From Patescibacteria group bacterium (GTDB lineage Bacteria > Patescibacteriota > Patescibacteriia > 2-12-FULL-60-25): a stretch of 32,888 nt of DNA. Of the stretch, positions 16,373 through 25,700 are shown in pieces; position 1 is the first letter of the stretch; each line of letters opens with the position of its first letter. The stretch covers positions 1-32,888 of the forward strand of contig JAGOUA010000002.1 of the NCBI GenBank assembly GCA_018061485.1, in the 5' to 3' direction. Under the pieces are notes generated by a model, which worked only from the letters and a program-made list of their open reading frames with translations, did no database searches and was not told the origin of the DNA. Both the position numbers and the translations under genes were made by a program.

Positions 16373-18286
16373 CTAGGCTCCTGTTTCAGGAGAGGAAGAG
16401 GAAGAATCGTTAGAGGTATTTGTTTGCGAGGCATCTCCCGCTGGAGGAGCCGTTTCCGTATCTGGACGCGTTTGATAGAGCGCAGCACCGACTTTTTGCG
16501 CTTCTGTCGCGAGCTCGTCCGCCGCTTTTTTGATCGCTTCCAAGTCAGTACCTTCTTTGACCTGCTTGAGCGCTTCCATCTTTGCTTCGATAGCCTGCTT
16601 GTCTTCTGGTTGTACTTTTCCTTCGTGCTCTTTGAGCATCTTCTCGGTCGTGTAGATCATGGTTTCCGCCATGTTCTTCACTTCAATCGCTTCACGCTTC
16701 TTTTTGTCTTCCTCGGCATGAAGCTCGGCCTCTTTACGCATGCGCTCCACCTCTTCTTTTGAAAGATTGGTCGATGCCGTAATGGTGATCGTCTGCTCTT
16801 TTCCGGAAGCCTTGTCTTTTGCCTTCACGTTCAAAATGCCGTTCGCATCAAGATCAAACGACACTTCTACCTGAGGAACGCCGCGTGGCGCAGGAGGAAT
16901 GCCCGAGAGCGTAAAGCGCCCCAACGAGCGGTTATCCGCCGCCATTTCGCGCTCACCTTGCAAGACGTGCACTTCTACGGACGTTTGCCCGTCTGCTGCT
17001 GTCGAGAAAATCTGCGATTTGGACGTAGGAATCGTCGTGTTGCGTTCGATCACTTTTGTCATCACCCCACCAAGCGTCTCAATACCAAACGACAATGGCG
17101 TGACATCCAACAGCAGCAACTCACCCTTGATATCTCCCTGCAAATTTCCTGCCTGAATCGCCGCACCAAGCGCGACGACTTCGTCTGGGTTCACCGAGGC
17201 GTTCACTTTTTTACCAAAGAATTTTTCCACCGTCTGCTGAACGAGCGGCATGCGCGTCATTCCACCCACCATGATCACCTCTTGCACATCGCCAAGCGAA
17301 AGTTTTGCATCCGCAAGCGCTTTTTTACATGGCTCGAGCGTTTTTTCGACCAAATCTCCCACGAGCTGCTCCAATTTTGCGCGAGACAACTTCAAGAGCA
17401 AGTGCTTTGGACCTGAAGCATCGACACTGATAAATGGCTGGTTAATTTCTGTCTCGTTCGCGCTCGAAAGCTCGATCTTGGCTTTTTCCGCCGCATCTTT
17501 CACACGTTGAAGAGCGAGTGGATCTTTTGCAAGGTCTACACCTTCGGTCTTTTTGAACTCTTCTACCACCCACGCAATGATGCGCTGATCAAAGTCATCA
17601 CCGCCCAAGTGCGTATCACCGTTGGTTGCGCGAACCTCGATCGTGTTCTGATCCGTCGTTGCGTCATACGCGACTTCGAGCACCGACACGTCAAACGTTC
17701 CTCCGCCGAGGTCATACACCACGATCTTTTCGTCCTTTTTGCGATCAAATCCGTACGCAAGAGCGGCGGCCGTTGGCTCGTTGATAATACGACGAACCGT
17801 AAGACCCGCAATTTCTCCGGCGATCTTGGTTGCCTGACGCTGTGAGTCATCAAAATAGGCTGGCACGGTAATCACCGCTTCGGTAATCACTTCGCCCGTT
17901 TTTGCTTCTGCGTCTGCCTTGAGTTTTTGCAGCACCATCGCGGAGATCTCTTCTGGCGTGTATTCCTTGCCCGCCATGAGGACTTTTACCGCATCACCAG
18001 ACGCGACCACTTTGTACGGAAGCCACTGTTGATCGCGCTTGACCTCGATGTCATCAGCGCGACGACCAATTAAGCGCTTGACCGAGAACAACGTATTTTC
18101 GGCGTTCACCATTCCCTGACGCTTCGCAATTTGTCCCACCAATCGCTCACCTGACTTGGAAATAGCCACAACCGACGGCGTGGTACGCGCTCCTTCGGCG
18201 TTTTCTAACACCTTTGGCTGACCGCCTTCGACGATCGCCATACAGGAGTTGGTGGTTCCAAGGTCAATACCGAGAATTTTTCCCAT
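16373..18286 (-). CDS. dnaK: molecular chaperone DnaK (Hsp70)
   Basis: [19 protein letters not shown] and [11 protein letters not shown]-like ([11 protein letters not shown]) signatures. 637 aa. Confidence 0.98.
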   Translation of the reverse strand: MGKILGIDLGTTNSCMAIVEGGQPKVLENAEGARTTPSVVAISKSGERLVGQIAKRQGMVNAENTLFSVKRLIGRRADDIEVKRDQQWLPYKVVASGDAVKVLMAGKEYTPEEISAMVLQKLKADAEAKTGEVITEAVITVPAYFDDSQRQATKIAGEIAGLTVRRIINEPTAAALAYGFDRKKDEKIVVYDLGGGTFDVSVLEVAYDATTDQNTIEVRATNGDTHLGGDDFDQRIIAWVVEEFKKTEGVDLAKDPLALQRVKDAAEKAKIELSSANETEINQPFISVDASGPKHLLLKLSRAKLEQLVGDLVEKTLEPCKKALADAKLSLGDVQEVIMVGGMTRMPLVQQTVEKFFGKKVNASVNPDEVVALGAAIQAGNLQGDIKGELLLLDVTPLSFGIETLGGVMTKVIERNTTIPTSKSQIFSTAADGQTSVEVHVLQGEREMAADNRSLGRFTLSGIPPAPRGVPQVEVSFDLDANGILNVKAKDKASGKEQTITITASTNLSKEEVERMRKEAELHAEEDKKKREAIEVKNMAETMIYTTEKMLKEHEGKVQPEDKQAIEAKMEALKQVKEGTDLEAIKKAADELATEAQKVGAALYQTRPDTETAPPAGDASQTNTSNDSSSSSPETGA

Positions 18287-18319
18287 AGAAGTAGAAGATA
18301 AAGAGAGAGAAGAGAGAGT

Positions 18320-18757
18320 TTATGAGGCTTTGATATCCAGTTTTATCGCCGTCCCTGTCGATGAGCGCTTGGGAAACGAAATCTTGATGATTCCCTGCTC
18401 GTAGCGAGCATCTGCACGGTCTTCGATGACGGGCGTTGGCAACGGGATGCGACGAAACACCGCTCCATGTCGCACCTCTTTTCGATAGTACGTCGCTTCC
18501 TCGACCTCGGTGCGTCGCTCACTCATCGCTTTGATGGTGAGCACACCTCGATCAATCGAGAGCTCGATATTTTTTGGATCAATACCCGGCATAGGCGCTT
18601 CGACCACCACCGTTTCGCCAGATTCGTACACATCCACCGCGGGAATCAACCCCGTTTGTTGCTTTTGTGCCGAGGTGAGCGCCGAACGACTCTGTACTAG
18701 CGCATCCATGTCGTCGAACGGCTCAAACGCGAGCGGCGACCAATGAATCAGAGACAT
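18320..18757 (-). CDS. Hsp20/alpha-crystallin family small heat-shock protein
   Basis: Alpha-crystallin domain PAVDVYESGETVVVEAPMPGIDPKNIELSIDRGVLTIKA...GIIKISFPK. Start set at MSLIHWSPL (ATG 18757); the longer ORF-track form overlaps grpE. Confidence 0.9.
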   Translation of the reverse strand: MSLIHWSPLAFEPFDDMDALVQSRSALTSAQKQQTGLIPAVDVYESGETVVVEAPMPGIDPKNIELSIDRGVLTIKAMSERRTEVEEATYYRKEVRHGAVFRRIPLPTPVIEDRADARYEQGIIKISFPKRSSTGTAIKLDIKAS

Positions 18758-18774
18758 AAAACAGGTACTGAATA

Positions 18775-19332
18775 TTACGAGGCTTTTGCCACCACGACAC
18801 GAGCAGCTTGCAACACCTTCCCATGGAGCTTCCATCCCGGAGTGAGTACGCGGAGAATCGATCCTTCTGCTACTTCCGTTGAAATCTCCTGACTTACCGC
18901 CTCGTGCCATTGCGGGTCAAACGCGCCATCCGTTGGGATTGGTTCAAGACCCGCCTGCTGAGCAGCTTGCTCCCACAAGGTTTGAATCGCCTTCACCCCC
19001 ACAAGCCACTGATCCCACGAGCGCTTCGCCTCTTCAGGAAGGGCTTCGGTCGAAGGAAGAAACCGCATCGCGTACGAAAATTGATCCAACGCGGGCAAAA
19101 GCTCTCGCAATAGCCGCTCATTCGCAAAGCGCGTGAGCGAAGAACGTTGCTCCTCCATATCGCGTTGCAAGTTTTTGTAGTCCGCCTGCGCGCGCTTCCA
19201 TCCAGCGAGATACTCTTCGCATCGTTGCTCGAGGGAAGATTGCGCGCCGGACGAGACCTCGCTCTCGTTCATAGCAGGAGCTTCTTGCTCTGCAGGTTGT
19301 TGGTTTTGGGTGTCATCCATAGAAGAAAGCAT
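18775..19332 (-). CDS. grpE: nucleotide exchange factor GrpE
   Basis: Acidic N-terminus, then YLAGWKRAQADYKNLQRD, LLPALDQF and HEAVSQE...V.PGWKLHGKVLQAARVVV. The ATG at 19332 overlaps the hrcA stop by 1 nt (TAATG); an alternative ATG lies at 19320. Confidence 0.9.
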   Translation of the reverse strand: MLSSMDDTQNQQPAEQEAPAMNESEVSSGAQSSLEQRCEEYLAGWKRAQADYKNLQRDMEEQRSSLTRFANERLLRELLPALDQFSYAMRFLPSTEALPEEAKRSWDQWLVGVKAIQTLWEQAAQQAGLEPIPTDGAFDPQWHEAVSQEISTEVAEGSILRVLTPGWKLHGKVLQAARVVVAKAS

Positions 19333-20024
19333 TACAAAGTAAGTAGCGGAAGGATAAGCGAAAGAAGATCGTGCGTGCGTCGATACGGCATGCGAAGCGG
19401 GCCAAGTGCCCCAATACACACGCCATCAACCTCACCATACACCGTGGAGCAACTTGCTCCGAAGGGGCTTTCTGTCCCGATCAGGCGTTTGGGCGTAGAC
19501 CCAGCCCCCTCGAGACGTTGGACCGCTTCATCTAAGCGATCGAGTACCTCGGAGAGTGAGACGACTCGTTGCCAATCACGAAACTCCGGCTGAGCAAAGA
19601 GCGCTGAAAGCCCCGTATAGTACAGATCATTCGGTCCAAAACGGACAAAACAGGCAACCCCGAGATCTTCGACCATGGCCTTGGCAAACGCCTTGGCGCG
19701 AGGGGCTCGATCTGGATACGCCTCACCGAGGCGGTGATACGTCTCACGATCTTGCTCGCTTGAGGACGTCACCCAAGGCGCCGTCAAGACCACTCGATAG
19801 CCTGCCTCTGTAGGAATACGTCCACCCGAGGTATGGGGCTGTTCAAGGAGTCCCAACTCGTCCAAATCCGCGAACCAGTTACGAATCGTCGCCGAACTCA
19901 CGGAAAATCGCCCCGTATCCACCAACGTTTGGGACCCAACCGGCTGCGCCGTCTCTTGATAGACCTCAACAACCGCTTGGAGCAACTGCTCAAGGCGAGG
20001 ATCGAGGGGAAAAGGGGTCGTCAT
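19332..20024 (-). CDS. hrcA: heat-inducible transcription repressor HrcA (short form, about 230 aa)
   Basis: N-terminal wHTH: [27 protein letters not shown]...[35 protein letters not shown]. Start set at MTTPFPLD (ATG 20024) because the ORF-track extension would translate through the CIRCE operator. Confidence 0.85.
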   Translation of the reverse strand: MTTPFPLDPRLEQLLQAVVEVYQETAQPVGSQTLVDTGRFSVSSATIRNWFADLDELGLLEQPHTSGGRIPTEAGYRVVLTAPWVTSSSEQDRETYHRLGEAYPDRAPRAKAFAKAMVEDLGVACFVRFGPNDLYYTGLSALFAQPEFRDWQRVVSLSEVLDRLDEAVQRLEGAGSTPKRLIGTESPFGASCSTVYGEVDGVCIGALGPLRMPYRRTHDLLSLILPLLTL

Positions 20025-20030
20025 GGGAGT

Positions 20031-20057
20031 TTGGCACTCTCTTCTTTCGAGTGCTAA
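20031..20057 (-). promoter_or_regulatory. CIRCE operator (HrcA binding site)
   Basis: The minus strand reads TTAGCACTC-GAAAGAAGA-GAGTGCCAA, against the consensus TTAGCACTC-N9-GAGTGCTAA (1 mismatch). It lies 7 nt upstream of the hrcA ATG. Confidence 0.88.
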
Positions 20058-20061
20058 TGGT

Positions 20062-20090
20062 AGGATAGTCACCCGCGCAAGGTGTGTCAA
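20062..20090 (-). promoter_or_regulatory. sigma70-type promoter of the hrcA operon
   Basis: On the minus strand: TTGACA (20090-20085), a 17-nt spacer, then TATCCT (20067-20062). The predicted transcription start falls inside CIRCE, as in classical CIRCE promoters. Confidence 0.55.
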
Positions 20091-20139
20091 GCAACCCCCA
20101 CCCCTTCATAACCCAAACCACGAACTCATACTCTTTCCA

Positions 20140-20168
20140 TTGACATAGTTTATGGTTTAGTGTAAACT
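20140..20168 (+). promoter_or_regulatory. sigma70-type promoter of the wHTH-PRTase gene
   Basis: TTGACA (20140-20145), a 17-nt spacer, then TAAACT (20163-20168), 22 nt upstream of the ATG at 20191. Confidence 0.5.
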
Positions 20169-20183
20169 ATAAACTATAAATAT
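20145..20183. promoter_or_regulatory. palindromic array of 7-bp units (candidate operator)
   Basis: TAGTTTA TGGTTTA gtg TAAACTA TAAACTA TAAATAT. ATAGTTTA (20145-20152) is the exact reverse complement of TAAACTAT (20163-20170). The array overlaps the spacer and -10 of the plus-strand promoter. Confidence 0.45.
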
Positions 20184-20190
20184 TCTACCT

Positions 20191-21171
20191 ATGCGGACCG
20201 ACTCCCGTCAGCGTATTCTCGCGTTTTTGCAAGCAAACGGCCGCACCAGCGCCCATCTTCTAGCGCAGCATCTGAGTATTACTCCGCAGGCCGTGTTTCG
20301 ACATCTGAAACACCTACAACAAGCTCAGATTATTAAAAAAATTGGCGCCTCTCCGAAGACCTACTACGAACTCGATACGCGCCCATCCCCTTCTACGGAA
20401 ACATCGCTCGATCCAGCAACCCATACCCTTATAGAGCAGGAGTTTCTTCGTATTACACCCGACGGCCTTCTTGAGCAGGGCGTGCATGCCTTTGTGCATT
20501 GGTGCGAAAAACGACATCTTCCTGTCGAAAAAACAGCTCGAGACTACGTGGAGAGCATGCGAAAATTCGCTCGCTACAAAACACCCGATGGGCTGATTGA
20601 CGGCCTGCCCAAATTTCAAAAAACATTCCCTCATACGTATCCAAACCATGTCTATTACTTGGATTTTTACAGTATTGAGCGATTCGGCAAGACAAAACTC
20701 GGCGAACTCTTGCTCTATGCAAAACAAAGTCAAAACGCTTCGATGATGAAACTCGTTGTACAAGAAGTTCGAGAGCGAATCCTTCGCCTTATTCAACGCT
20801 TCGAGATTGATGCTATCTGTTTTGCACCCCCTACCATCAAGCGCGAAGTCCAATTTATGAAAGTTCTTGAACGAGAATTGCACCTACCTATACGCGTTAT
20901 TCCCGTCACAAAAATCAAAACCCCCATCATCGTTCCTCAAAAAACCCTCACAAAACTCGAAGATCGTATAGAAAATGCAAACACCACCATGCATATCGAG
21001 GCCACAGCACCAGCCAAACACGTTCTCGTTATTGACGATGCTATCGGTTCGGGGGCGACGCTCAATAGCCTTGCTCGACAACTAAAAGAGCGCGGCATTG
21101 CCACCGAAAGCGTAACCGGACTCGCTATCACTGGAAGTTTTAACGGCTTTGACGTGATTCAAGAAGTCTAA
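20191..21171 (+). CDS. winged-HTH domain fused to a ComF-like phosphoribosyltransferase domain
   Basis: N-terminus RQRILAFLQANGRTSAHLLAQHLSITPQAVFRHLKHLQQAQIIKK (ArsR/DeoR-like wHTH). C-terminal PRTase PRPP loop HVLVIDDAIGSGATLNSLARQL. Confidence 0.85.
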   Translation: MRTDSRQRILAFLQANGRTSAHLLAQHLSITPQAVFRHLKHLQQAQIIKKIGASPKTYYELDTRPSPSTETSLDPATHTLIEQEFLRITPDGLLEQGVHAFVHWCEKRHLPVEKTARDYVESMRKFARYKTPDGLIDGLPKFQKTFPHTYPNHVYYLDFYSIERFGKTKLGELLLYAKQSQNASMMKLVVQEVRERILRLIQRFEIDAICFAPPTIKREVQFMKVLERELHLPIRVIPVTKIKTPIIVPQKTLTKLEDRIENANTTMHIEATAPAKHVLVIDDAIGSGATLNSLARQLKERGIATESVTGLAITGSFNGFDVIQEV

Positions 21172-21180
21172 CCACCCAAG

Positions 21181-21201
21181 AAGCGCCTATCGGTGCTTTT
21201 T
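21181..21201 (+). terminator. candidate intrinsic terminator after the wHTH-PRTase gene
   Basis: AAGCGCC-tatc-GGTGCTT (7-bp stem with one G-U pair) running into TTTTT, 10 nt after the stop. Confidence 0.45.
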
Positions 21202-21234
21202 GCATCTGAGAGCGCTCGTTCTACGCGAAAAACC

Positions 21235-21263
21235 TTGACAAAGGTCGAAAAACTTGCTTTACT
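21235..21263 (+). promoter_or_regulatory. weak candidate promoter for the lipoprotein gene
   Basis: TTGACA (21235-21240), a 17-nt spacer, then TTTACT (21258-21263). This leaves a ~100-nt leader containing the hairpin GGGTCC-gacc-GGACCC (21334-21349). Confidence 0.3.
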
Positions 21264-21365
21264 TATGTCTTTCCTCTATTCTTATCGATAGATGCGGGTA
21301 AGAGATACTCTCTTTTCCCTCGTCATTGACACCGGGTCCGACCGGACCCATCGAAGGAGCCAGTC

Positions 21366-22361
21366 ATGGCCAAGCTCTCCCGTCTGTTCATGGGCGCCTT
21401 GTTCATCGTCTTCGCGCTCCTCGTGGGCTGCGGTGGCGACCCCTCCAACCTCCCGACGGACACCCCGTCCGGGAGCCTCGACTCCGGCACGTGCCCCTCG
21501 GGCACCTGCGACGACGCCGGCCTCACGGTCGACGTCGCTTCCCCCGCGGAGGGCGTGAGCCCTCCGACGGACACCGGCAGCCCCGCGGTTGACGTGGTGG
21601 TGTGCGAACCTCGGTATAGCTGCTCGGACAGCTACGGACGAGATCCTGGCACATGCTGCCACGGTCAAGTCTGCCGACCCAACATCGCGAACCCGCACTG
21701 TGTGGGGGCAGCAAGCTGTCTCTGTCAGCTCCCCGAGAGCATGGAACAGATGTGCGGTCCCGGCTCGAGTCCCGACTGCCGAACCACGGTGGCCCGCCTG
21801 ATGACGGAGCGCGGTTGCACACCCGGAAACAACCGGTGCTTGGTCAACCTCCCCGATCAAGACGCGCCGCACCCTCGTTGGTTCCTGGATCAGTTCGACT
21901 GGGAATTTGCCGGCCTTCCCCTGCAGCTCCGCCTCAACAGAGGGATGCGCACCCGCGCAGCACTCATGGCACACACCTACCGCTGGCCGAGTGGCGGTGG
22001 TGGTGGCGGATCCCTGAACTTCCGGTGTGAAGACGGCGATACCACCGGCGGCATCCAAACCTTCAACGGATTCTTCCAGACCTGCTTTCGGAGCAACTGG
22101 GATACTCGCCTGATGGCTGCGATGGGGGATGTGCGACACCTGATGGAGTGCTCGGGGCGCTCGTGCTACTGGAACCGGTCCAATGGTATGCGCGCCGTGC
22201 AGTTTTCTGCTCAGGTAGACTGGGACAGTGAACCCGATCCAGAAGCTTGGGCCGAAACCTGCGAGATCCGTCTGCGGGTGTGGCGACCCGGTCAGACCGA
22301 ACCCTTCTTTGAAGAACGGGGCTTCGCCGCCAATTGCCGCCCCTTCGCCGACCAGCTCTAG
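21366..22361 (+). CDS. Cys-rich lipoprotein of unknown function, compositionally foreign
   Basis: Signal peptide with lipobox MAKLSRLFMGALFIVFALLVGC. 21 Cys by hand count. SD GAAGGAG lies 6 nt upstream of the ATG. Third codon positions are 38/40 G or C in the first 40 codons. The antisense 363-aa ORF is a GC shadow. Confidence 0.8.
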   Translation: MAKLSRLFMGALFIVFALLVGCGGDPSNLPTDTPSGSLDSGTCPSGTCDDAGLTVDVASPAEGVSPPTDTGSPAVDVVVCEPRYSCSDSYGRDPGTCCHGQVCRPNIANPHCVGAASCLCQLPESMEQMCGPGSSPDCRTTVARLMTERGCTPGNNRCLVNLPDQDAPHPRWFLDQFDWEFAGLPLQLRLNRGMRTRAALMAHTYRWPSGGGGGGSLNFRCEDGDTTGGIQTFNGFFQTCFRSNWDTRLMAAMGDVRHLMECSGRSCYWNRSNGMRAVQFSAQVDWDSEPDPEAWAETCEIRLRVWRPGQTEPFFEERGFAANCRPFADQL

Positions 22362-22407
22362 AAGGCAGAGCAAGCGTGACGTGATCGACGCAATAACAGA
22401 TCACCCT

Positions 22408-22467
22408 CACCCCGTGTTCTCGTGAGATCGCGAAAGCGGTCACCGAGAACCAGGGGTGTTTTTATTT
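22408..22467 (+). terminator. intrinsic terminator of the lipoprotein gene
   Basis: Long imperfect stem: CACCCC..TTCTCGTGA pairs with TCACCGAGAA..GGGGTG. It is capped by CGC-GAAA-GCG (a GNRA tetraloop) and followed by TTTTTATTT. Confidence 0.6.
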
Positions 22468-22537
22468 GTGAAGGCAAAGCACAAATCAGACACCCTCTAA
22501 AGAGTAGAACCTTGCATCAGCACGCCCCATGCGCCTT

Positions 22538-22581
22538 GAAATCACAAACAAACACCCCCGCATCGTGCATCGATACGGGGG
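22538..22581 (-). terminator. intrinsic terminator downstream of the giant gene
   Basis: On the minus strand: CCCCCGTATCG-atgca-CGATGCGGGGG (6+4 bp stem, 1 mismatch) followed by TGTTTGTTTGTGATTTC. The hairpin lies ~175 nt after the giant-gene stop. Confidence 0.55.
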
Positions 22582-22755
22582 CGTTCTACTAAGGGTAGGG
22601 CTTTCACATTTGGATGGCGCCCTGCGTAGCTTTAGCAAAGAAGGGTGAGATGCGAAGCGCTGAAGCAAGAACCACCAGAAGCGCACTACTAAGCGCGGTG
22701 AGACTGGTTCGTAGCGACACTCGAGCAGGTCACCAAAGGCGGAAGCCCTAAGGCG

Positions 22756-25700
22756 TTACCGACGCGGTCGGAGCTGAAGCGATCCAGGAAACACGATCCA
22801 TGGACGATAGTCACGAGCATCTGATCCTGCGCGAACAGCTCCTCCTTGCAATTGTAGATTTCCTTGCGGATAACTCTGTGAACACTCCATAGCTCCGTTC
22901 AGAGCCGTTGGGGAAGATCCCGCGGTATTCAACCGAGTCATGCTAGACCCATCGTTTCCAACAAGCGGAGAATAACATCCTCCATAAGCATGCCGGACGT
23001 AAGAATTTGGAGCATCGCTCAGCATCTCACCGGTCTTTATGGTGCGACACTCACCCGAACACCAACCCCAGTTATCCTGCAAGAAGACTCTTGGCGTATA
23101 GCGACACGCGTTGTTTTGTGCGTCCCAACACCCTCCTGCTGGCGCGAGACCGGCTTGGATACACCGATCACCCGCCGCACAGTCGTTATCCGCTCGACAG
23201 AAGCGCGAAGGATCTTGTGAACAGCGCGCTTGTGTCGCCGTCGGCAACACCGTCGTCACAGCCACAGGACCACAGCTTGCACCCGTCACCGAAGAACCAA
23301 GCGCAAGATACGATCCAGCACCAAATCGCGCATCATAGGCCGCCTGGCAATCTGCGGTCACCGTACAGGTCGGTCGAGTATTGCCAAACGCGTCATAAAT
23401 CAAGGAATCAGCACCGCCGAAATAACACGTCCCCGCACGAACTCCAATAGCTTCGTAATCCACAGACGCCCCACCGCTCGCAAGGTTCTGCCCCGTACAG
23501 CTTGGCAACGTCTGTTGGGCGTTAGCAGGACAGGTGTACACGTGCGAGAACTCGAACGGACTCGCTTCACACGCTTCGCCGCTATTGCCAAAGAAGCTGC
23601 GGAAGGTACAGGTGTCTTGCGTGCCATCAGTGCGACAATCGCTGTCCTGACCACACACGATGTGTGGTTTATCTTTACAACTTCCCATCGGACGACATGC
23701 CTGCGCCGACAACGGACAATCGCTATCCGATTGACAGGTCAACCCCGTAAAGCGACTCGTTGGTGAATAACATTCTTTTTGGACACTGCAGAACGGCTTA
23801 CGGTTCTTGAGCTTGACGTCGTCGAAGGACTGCACAAACCCATCTCCCCAATCCACCGCCAAGCGTCGAAGCGCCATTTGCTCATGCGCCGCCCAGCCAA
23901 AGAACTTGATCGTCGAACGCTGCTGACCACCCACCACATTCAGAATGCCTTGCGTTACCCCATTAAAGCTGAACACGTCGAGCTCCTGCACCGGACAGCT
24001 TGCCCCCGTTGGACAGCTGGTCGCCGGTGCCGCGATCCGCGGCGGTCGAGGGGTGTAGTAATCGATGTATTGATAGCTTGATTCAGACACCCCTAGTAGA
24101 CCAAGGTAAGACGGAGTGTAGTGACCAAGCGTCACATCCGTAGGAAGACGAGTGCCCGCCGAGCGAAGTGAGGCATCAACATCTCCTCGCTCACCCCTTG
24201 CATCCACTACCCGCATATCGTACGCCCTTAATCCACAGAATTCGTTACGCGGATCTGAGCACAGCTGAGTATCCGGCACATATCCTATTTCGGCAGTACA
24301 GCGATTATTGTCCGTGTTCTTATTGCGACGATTTTCTTGAACTTCACCAACATTCCAATAATCTACCGCTGTCTGGCCAGCACCACGCCCACCCGGAAGC
24401 ACGCAGAAAGGCGATGGGATGCTATTTACAACCGATAATACCTCTGTCCGTGAAACCCCTGGCGCAAAATCAGCAACAGGCTCACATCTGTCAGACGCCC
24501 GACACACTCCCCCTGCGAGACAGCCGACCGTCCCCTCTCCTGTACATTGCCGAGAAGGATCATTGCTACACGTTCTACCCGAAGAAGAAACCACACCGCA
24601 CGATTGTGCCTGCTCCCACTGAGTATATCGCCATGCATTACGAGTATTCTGCGTAACTACAAGACAGCTGCGACCAGCTCGATTACCGGCAGAGCTCGGA
24701 CAGACCCCCGTTTGAGCCGCATACTGATACCCAGTTGTATATTGCTCACAAGCACCGACGGTATACCGAGCTCGCAACGGTGACTGCGTATCGCTAGCCG
24801 TTACACTTTGAAGCGAAACCACCTGCGCCCCTGGAAATCTATCCAATTCTGAAATCCTTGTTTCAATGGTGATTCCGGCTACCTCGGTACGTTCTATCGG
24901 TGTTGCAGATATCGTATACGTACGACCGAGCTCAGCGTCCAAGAAGGTACAGGGACCGTTTTCACATGTTCGACTCGTAACAGACCACTGATCATGCCTT
25001 GCAACCCTCACTGCACCCACTCTCCCATCAACATAATAATCGCTCGATGACTGATACCTGCCAGCATTCTTCCAAAAATGCTCTGCCGTAAAGGAGCAAT
25101 CCGTATCCATGTAGCACTGCACGTCTGTCTCAGCGTTTACTACAGCCGGCCTTGAGACCGCGGCCGCCCAGGATACCCTACACCTACCCGGGGTAAGACC
25201 ATTTCTCCCTACACAGGTACCGCTAACCTCAAGAGGACAATCTACTGATACACCCTCCGTCGGTCTTGTGCAATAAAGCGTTTCAGCTGGGATATTTCGA
25301 GAAGCAGAATCTGCGACAAGCCCCACTTGAACAACGCGAGGAGACCCTCCTGCTTGACCGGCGGATGAGGATCCTGGCTCTGGATACGTATCCAAGACCT
25401 CTGTTGTAGCGCTTAAGGAAGTAAGTCGAACAGCTCCAGAGGCGCAGCGGAAGGCCCCCAATTTTGCCGCGTCCTCAACACGTAGAGGGCCTCGAGTTTC
25501 GCCCGCCTTAATATACTGCCCTGATGAATTCACACTCCATCCTTCGGAAGCATTAATATTACACGCTGTCAGCAACGGAACTGGGGACCTAGCCGTCGTT
25601 CTTCTGTCAAGAGCAGCCGTGTGACACGTAGTTGATTCAGCGTTCCCACAGCTTGCTCCAGCGTTAATACCAGACAACGCGTTACAGGCAAATACGGATG

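Noticed and set aside
18758-20090. Longer N-terminal extensions in the ORF track for hsp20 (to 18910), grpE (to 19419) and hrcA (to 20090); likewise secF (to 10624), nusA (to 14812) and rlmN (to 4683)
   Set aside because: The extensions overlap the preceding gene or, for hrcA, translate through the CIRCE operator and the promoter. Internal ATGs give canonical N-termini that match the families.
21282-22373. 363-aa minus-strand ORF covering the whole lipoprotein locus
   Set aside because: It is an antisense shadow typical of high-GC3 genes. Its translation is Arg/Ala/Gly/Val-rich with no signal peptide or motifs. The plus-strand frame has the SD, the lipobox signal peptide and the extreme third-position GC bias.
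22486-22686. 66-aa minus-strand ORF, and a 41-aa plus-strand ORF at 22529-22654
   Set aside because: Both run through the terminator hairpin and have no SD or conserved start context. The sequences have no features.
22470-22760. Possible SRP RNA, tmRNA, RNase P RNA or tRNA in the convergent intergenic region
   Set aside because: I looked on both strands for the T-loop GGTTCGAATCC, the RNase P motif GAGGAAAGTCC and the SRP domain IV motif GGAAGCAGC. Only a loose resemblance turned up (CAGGTCACCAAAGGCGGAAGCC at ~22727-22748), with its flanking sequence running into the giant-gene stop. This is not enough to call an RNA gene.
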